The notes under the pieces are model-generated. The model was not told the DNA's origin. It did not search any database and saw only the letters and a list, made by a program, of their open reading frames with translations. Shown in pieces: positions 60,408 to 64,000 of a stretch of 64,000 bases of DNA. Each line of letters begins with the position of its first letter. The first letter of the stretch is position 1. The position numbers and the translations under genes are program-made. Source of the stretch: Coleofasciculus sp. B1-GNL1-01 (GTDB lineage Bacteria; Cyanobacteriota; Cyanobacteriia; Cyanobacteriales; Coleofasciculaceae); NCBI GenBank assembly GCA_040220235.1, contig JAVJTO010000031.1, one strand, 5' to 3'.

Positions 60408-61250
60408 TCAAGCTGACACAGCCGCTAAACTGGCTGGGATTTTTCGCCCGACGGCGGCGGCGACGGGGTGTAAGCTGTGAACCAACTGCACCATATCGTC
60501 TAACGATAACGCTTGACGGGCATCCGATACGGATTTTTCCGGTTCGGGATGACACTCGATGATTAATCCATCCGCACCTACTGCGACAGCCGCTTTCGCC
60601 AACGGGGAAATTAATTCCCGTTTGCCCGTGGCGTGGGAGGGATCTACAATCACAGGCAATGAAGTCATCTGCTTAAGTGCCACAACTGCTCCCAAATCTA
60701 AGACATTCCGGGTATAAGTATCGAAACTGCGAATCCCTCGTTCACACAGTACCACCTGAGAATTCCCATGACTGAGAATATATTCGGCTGCCATAACGAA
60801 TTCTTCTAGAGTCGCCGCTAATCCCCGCTTCAGCAGAATCGGTTTATCAACTTGACCCAAGGCTTTGAGTAAATCAAAGTTTTGCATATTACGACTGCCT
60901 ACCTGAAGCATATCAGCATGGGCAGCCACTAACTCGATTTGGGTAATGGACATGACTTCCGTCACCACGGGAATCTGATGACGCGATCGCACCTGGGATA
61001 ATATCTCTAGTCCCTCTACCCCTAAACCTTGGAACGAGTAAGGAGACGTGCGAGGTTTGAAAGCACCGCCGCGTAACGCCTGAACCGGGGCGCGTTGCAG
61101 TTGAGTGGCGACGGTTTCCATCTGCGATCGACTCTCCACCGTACAAGGACCAGCAATTATCACCAGTTCCTCACCCCCGAAAGTGATATGATTCGACAGA
61201 TGAACCAAAGTTGGGCGATCGGATTGGGTGGCAAGTGTAGCATTCACCAT
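60408..61250 (-). CDS. aroF: DAHP synthase (type I-beta), catalytic barrel only
   Basis: IAGPCTVES, RGGAFKPRTSPYSFQG, GSRNMQN, LLKRG, CERGIR, DPSH, SDARQ; AAAGG SD before ATG 61250. Confidence 0.95.
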   Translation of the reverse strand: MVNATLATQSDRPTLVHLSNHITFGGEELVIIAGPCTVESRSQMETVATQLQRAPVQALRGGAFKPRTSPYSFQGLGVEGLEILSQVRSRHQIPVVTEVMSITQIELVAAHADMLQVGSRNMQNFDLLKALGQVDKPILLKRGLAATLEEFVMAAEYILSHGNSQVVLCERGIRSFDTYTRNVLDLGAVVALKQMTSLPVIVDPSHATGKRELISPLAKAAVAVGADGLIIECHPEPEKSVSDARQALSLDDMVQLVHSLHPVAAAVGRKIPASLAAVSA

Positions 61251-61283
61251 CAGACTAATTCCTTTAAACAATGAGTGGACAAT

Positions 61284-61315
61284 AAAAAAACCCGGTTCCT
61301 TGTGGGTTCCGGGTT
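61284..61315 (-). terminator. Attenuator terminator 2 (proximal to aroF)
   Basis: Minus strand AACCCGG-AACCCACAAGGAA-CCGGGTT followed by a T run. Confidence 0.8.
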
Positions 61316-61340
61316 CTGAGAAAATTTAACGCAGCATCAC

Positions 61341-61409
61341 CTACCCGGAACTGCTTCCGAACCAAAAAAAGTAAAACAAGGTAAACCAGTGATTCAGGTA
61401 GGTTGTCAT
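61341..61409 (-). CDS. Aromatic-rich leader peptide 2: MTTYLNHWFTLFYFFWFGSSSG
   Basis: Manual translation; AAGGAG SD; 9 of 22 residues are F/Y/W. Confidence 0.85.
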   Translation of the reverse strand: MTTYLNHWFTLFYFFWFGSSSG

Positions 61410-61421
61410 CAGATACTCCTT

Positions 61422-61457
61422 AAAAAACAAAAAGACCGCAGCTTTCGCTCTGCGGTC
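61422..61457 (-). terminator. Attenuator terminator 1
   Basis: Minus strand GACCGCAG-AGCGAAAG-CTGCGGTC-TTTTTGTTTTTT. Confidence 0.85.
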
Positions 61458-61486
61458 CACCGGGGAGGTTCCATGAGGAACTCTGC

Positions 61487-61543
61487 TCACCTCCGGTGAA
61501 CCTCCGTAAACCAAAAATAAAAGTAGTTGTTGCAGTTGAGCAT
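61487..61543 (-). CDS. Aromatic-rich leader peptide 1: MLNCNNYFYFWFTEVHRR
   Basis: Manual translation; six consecutive aromatic codons YFYFWF. Confidence 0.8.
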   Translation of the reverse strand: MLNCNNYFYFWFTEVHRR

Positions 61544-61590
61544 AGCTGAGGGCTTTTTATGAAACGTTAATTAGATGCCTGTTACTGGAC

Positions 61591-61619
61591 ACGATAGCAA
61601 GCTGTTGTGGCTAAGTCAA
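61591..61619 (-). promoter_or_regulatory. Sigma70-type promoter for the aroF leader
   Basis: TTGACT-N17-TATCGT with extended -10 TGn, about 47 nt upstream of leader 1 ATG. Confidence 0.65.
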
Positions 61620-61867
61620 TACCTGATCTGGATCAAGTTTCTGTTTTCCACGGGTGTGATCATGCACCTGGGGGAGCTGGGGGAGCTGGGGAAGCTGGGG
61701 AAGCGGGGGGAGGATAAAGTTATAGCACTTCTCGATTGGGTGCAATACACCTTGGTAGAGACAGGGTGTGGGGTGTGGGGTGTGGGGTGTAGGGTGTAGT
61801 GCTTTCAAATGAGAACCGCTATATATCTTTGAATGCAACTTGGTATAAAGTACAGTCTATCCAAGCA

Positions 61868-61900
61868 AGATCCCCGACTTCTTTGAGGAGTCGGGGATCT
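61868..61900. repeat. Palindromic element AGATCCCCGACT...AGTCGGGGATCT; relatives near 20170 and 54025
   Basis: Inverted repeat with degenerate copies elsewhere in the window. Confidence 0.7.
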
Positions 61901-61949
61901 GTTTACATCACTTATTTGAAAAATAATATAAGACTCAAAAGCGCAAACA

Positions 61950-63059
61950 ATGAACCTAAATTTAACCGAACATACCGAAGGCAATGCCACATTTAAAATT
62001 GGTAATGCGTTTTATCGCCCAGGGACGCAAGTGGTGCGAGATTTAGGCATTTTAGCCGCAGCAATTTATAAGTTTCAAATCGGTCACTTACGAGTAATTG
62101 ATGCGATGAGTGGCTGTGGAGTGCGTTCTCTACGCTATAGTTTGGAAAGTCAAGCCGATTGGATCTGGGTGAATGAGGGAAATCCTGAGCTTAACCCGAT
62201 TCTACAGCAAAATTTAGCAGGCGCGATCGCCAGCCATAAAGCTACCCTTACCCATCTCGACGTTAATCAGGTCTTTTTTGAGTGCTATAACCGTCGAGAT
62301 TACTACGATTTCATCGATGTGGACTGTTTCGGTTCCCCTACTCCCTATCTGGATACCAGCCTCTGGGCGCTGAAACTAGGGGGACTTCTTTATCTCACCA
62401 GTACCGATGGGCGTAAACTAACAGGTCATGCTTCAGAAAGCAGTTTGGGGATTTATGGGGCGTATCCCCGCAACCATCCCGCCGCCCAGGAACAAGGATT
62501 GCGAGTGGTGATTGGTAAACTTCAGCAGCAAGCCATCGCCAAGGGTTTGGGGATTGAGCCGATTTTCTCCCTGTTTACGGGTCAAACTTACCGCCTAATG
62601 GTACGTTTGGTCAAAACCCAGCCGTTGACGCTGCAAAATTACGGATTTTTGGGTTATTGTCATCACTGTGGTAATTATCAAACTGTGTCTTGGCGTCAGT
62701 TAGGGCGTGTGGTTTGTGCTTATGACCAAAAATCCCTGACCCTGAGTGGTCCGTTGTGGCTGGGATTGTTGCATAATCAATCTTGGTTAAGACAGATGCA
62801 GGGATTAGCTCAAAAGTGGCACTGGTCAAAACGGGTACAACTCCTCAGCCTCATGGAAGCAGAAGCCGATTTCCCGCCCTACTTTTATACCTTGGCGGAA
62901 ATTGGACGCCGAGGGCGTTTGGATATCCCAAAACGAGAGTATCTGATTCAGGCGTTGCGCGATCGCGGATATTTCGCCTGTGCCACTCATATTACACCGG
63001 GAGCGATTAAAACCAACGCCGATATTCACACTTGTATCGCTGTTGCGATAGACCGATAA
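61950..63059 (+). CDS. Trm1-like tRNA (guanine-N2)-dimethyltransferase
   Basis: AFYRP...RDL, DAMSGCGVRSLRY, DVDCFGSP, TSTD, CHHC, GPLWLG, TH...IKTNA. Confidence 0.8.
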   Translation: MNLNLTEHTEGNATFKIGNAFYRPGTQVVRDLGILAAAIYKFQIGHLRVIDAMSGCGVRSLRYSLESQADWIWVNEGNPELNPILQQNLAGAIASHKATLTHLDVNQVFFECYNRRDYYDFIDVDCFGSPTPYLDTSLWALKLGGLLYLTSTDGRKLTGHASESSLGIYGAYPRNHPAAQEQGLRVVIGKLQQQAIAKGLGIEPIFSLFTGQTYRLMVRLVKTQPLTLQNYGFLGYCHHCGNYQTVSWRQLGRVVCAYDQKSLTLSGPLWLGLLHNQSWLRQMQGLAQKWHWSKRVQLLSLMEAEADFPPYFYTLAEIGRRGRLDIPKREYLIQALRDRGYFACATHITPGAIKTNADIHTCIAVAIDR

Positions 63060-63297
63060 GACCGATTCATCCACCCAAACAGCCTTGTACCCGGAAGAAA
63101 CCTTCTGCCTTTGGCTATATTCCCGTTGAACAAAAAAATTAACAAAATCCTCGCCCCAAGGAAAAATCTTAACTTTCATAAACTTTCAATTAATATTGGC
63201 GCTAGAGTATAACGCTGAGTTGAAGCAAGATGTTATCTTGGAAATCACCCAGTCTATAACCTATTGAAAACACTACCTTGAGAGGCTTCTCACCACG

Positions 63298-64000
63298 ATG
63301 ACTGCCATTTTAAAGGTTGGCGACCAAACCATCACGGCTGAAGAAGTAATTCCCCTGTTAGCCAAATATCAATTACTCCCTCAGTTATTGCGAGAAATCA
63401 TTATTGATCAAGCCATTGCCACCATAGATTGTACCGACGATGAAAAAAATGCTGCCTGCGAACAGTTCTATGCTAAGAATCAACTCACGACTGAGGAAGA
63501 ACGTCAAGCGTGGCGCGATCGCCAAGACTTAAGCTTAGAACAAGTTGAAGAGTTAGCGGTTCGGGGACTGAAGCTGGAAAAATTTAAACAGGCGACCTGG
63601 GGACATAAGATTGAATCCTATTTCCTCAAGCGCAAAGGGCGGTTAGATCGGGTCATTTATTCCCTGATTCGGACAAAGGAGGCGGCGATTGCCCAAGAAC
63701 TCTATTTTCGTATCCAAGAAGGAGAACAGTCATTTAATGAACTTGCCAGGGACTATTCCCAAGGACCAGAGGCGCAAACAGGCGGATTAGTCGGACCCGT
63801 GGAACTGAGTACACCCCACCCCACCTTGGCGCAAATGTTAACTGTCAGCCAACCCGGTCAACTTCTACCCCCTACCCGCTTGGGGGACTGGTTTATCGTC
63901 ATTCGTTTAGAAAAGTTTTTACCCGTGCAACTTGATGATGCCATGCGTCAGCGACTCCTAGATGAAATGTTTACCACCTGGTTAAAAGAACAACTGCGAC
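63298..64000 (+). CDS. Parvulin/PpiC-type peptidyl-prolyl isomerase (runs off the window end; not in ORF track)
   Basis: Manual translation MTAILKVGDQTITAEEVIPLL...AQELYFRIQEGEQSFNELARDYSQGPEAQTGGLVGP... Confidence 0.85.
   Translation, partial: MTAILKVGDQTITAEEVIPLLAKYQLLPQLLREIIIDQAIATIDCTDDEKNAACEQFYAKNQLTTEEERQAWRDRQDLSLEQVEELAVRGLKLEKFKQATWGHKIESYFLKRKGRLDRVIYSLIRTKEAAIAQELYFRIQEGEQSFNELARDYSQGPEAQTGGLVGPVELSTPHPTLAQMLTVSQPGQLLPPTRLGDWFIVIRLEKFLPVQLDDAMRQRLLDEMFTTWLKEQLR

Overview
64-kb chromosomal segment of a filamentous cyanobacterium. Evidence: abundant HIP1 GCGATCGC, STRR-type heptamer arrays, GTAG-type palindromes, and petF/ftsQ-ftsZ/txlA. The repeat repertoire resembles Coleofasciculus/Microcoleus (inference). 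Housekeeping genes include ftsQ, ftsZ, thiD, ubiD, glpK, petF, gshB, grxC, ribF, aroF, mgsA, a PPTase and a Trm1-like methyltransferase. Accessory content: an IS tail that disrupts a ParD/ParE-like toxin-antitoxin pair; a four-kinase signalling cluster in which two kinases lack the phospho-His; a nuclease-like/ABC-ATPase/TOPRIM-like operon; an ATPase plus NLR-like STAND-WD40 pair; an Mrr-like/ParA fusion; and a stand-alone Ntox34-like toxin beside a HEAT-repeat gene. The most striking signal is missed by the ORF track. Upstream of a DAHP synthase that lacks a regulatory domain lie two consecutive leader-peptide attenuators (MLNCNNYFYFWFTEVHRR and MTTYLNHWFTLFYFFWFGSSSG). Each contains Phe, Tyr and Trp codons and has its own antiterminator and intrinsic terminator, behind a sigma70-type promoter. 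Family assignments come from motif recognition only; no database searches were run.
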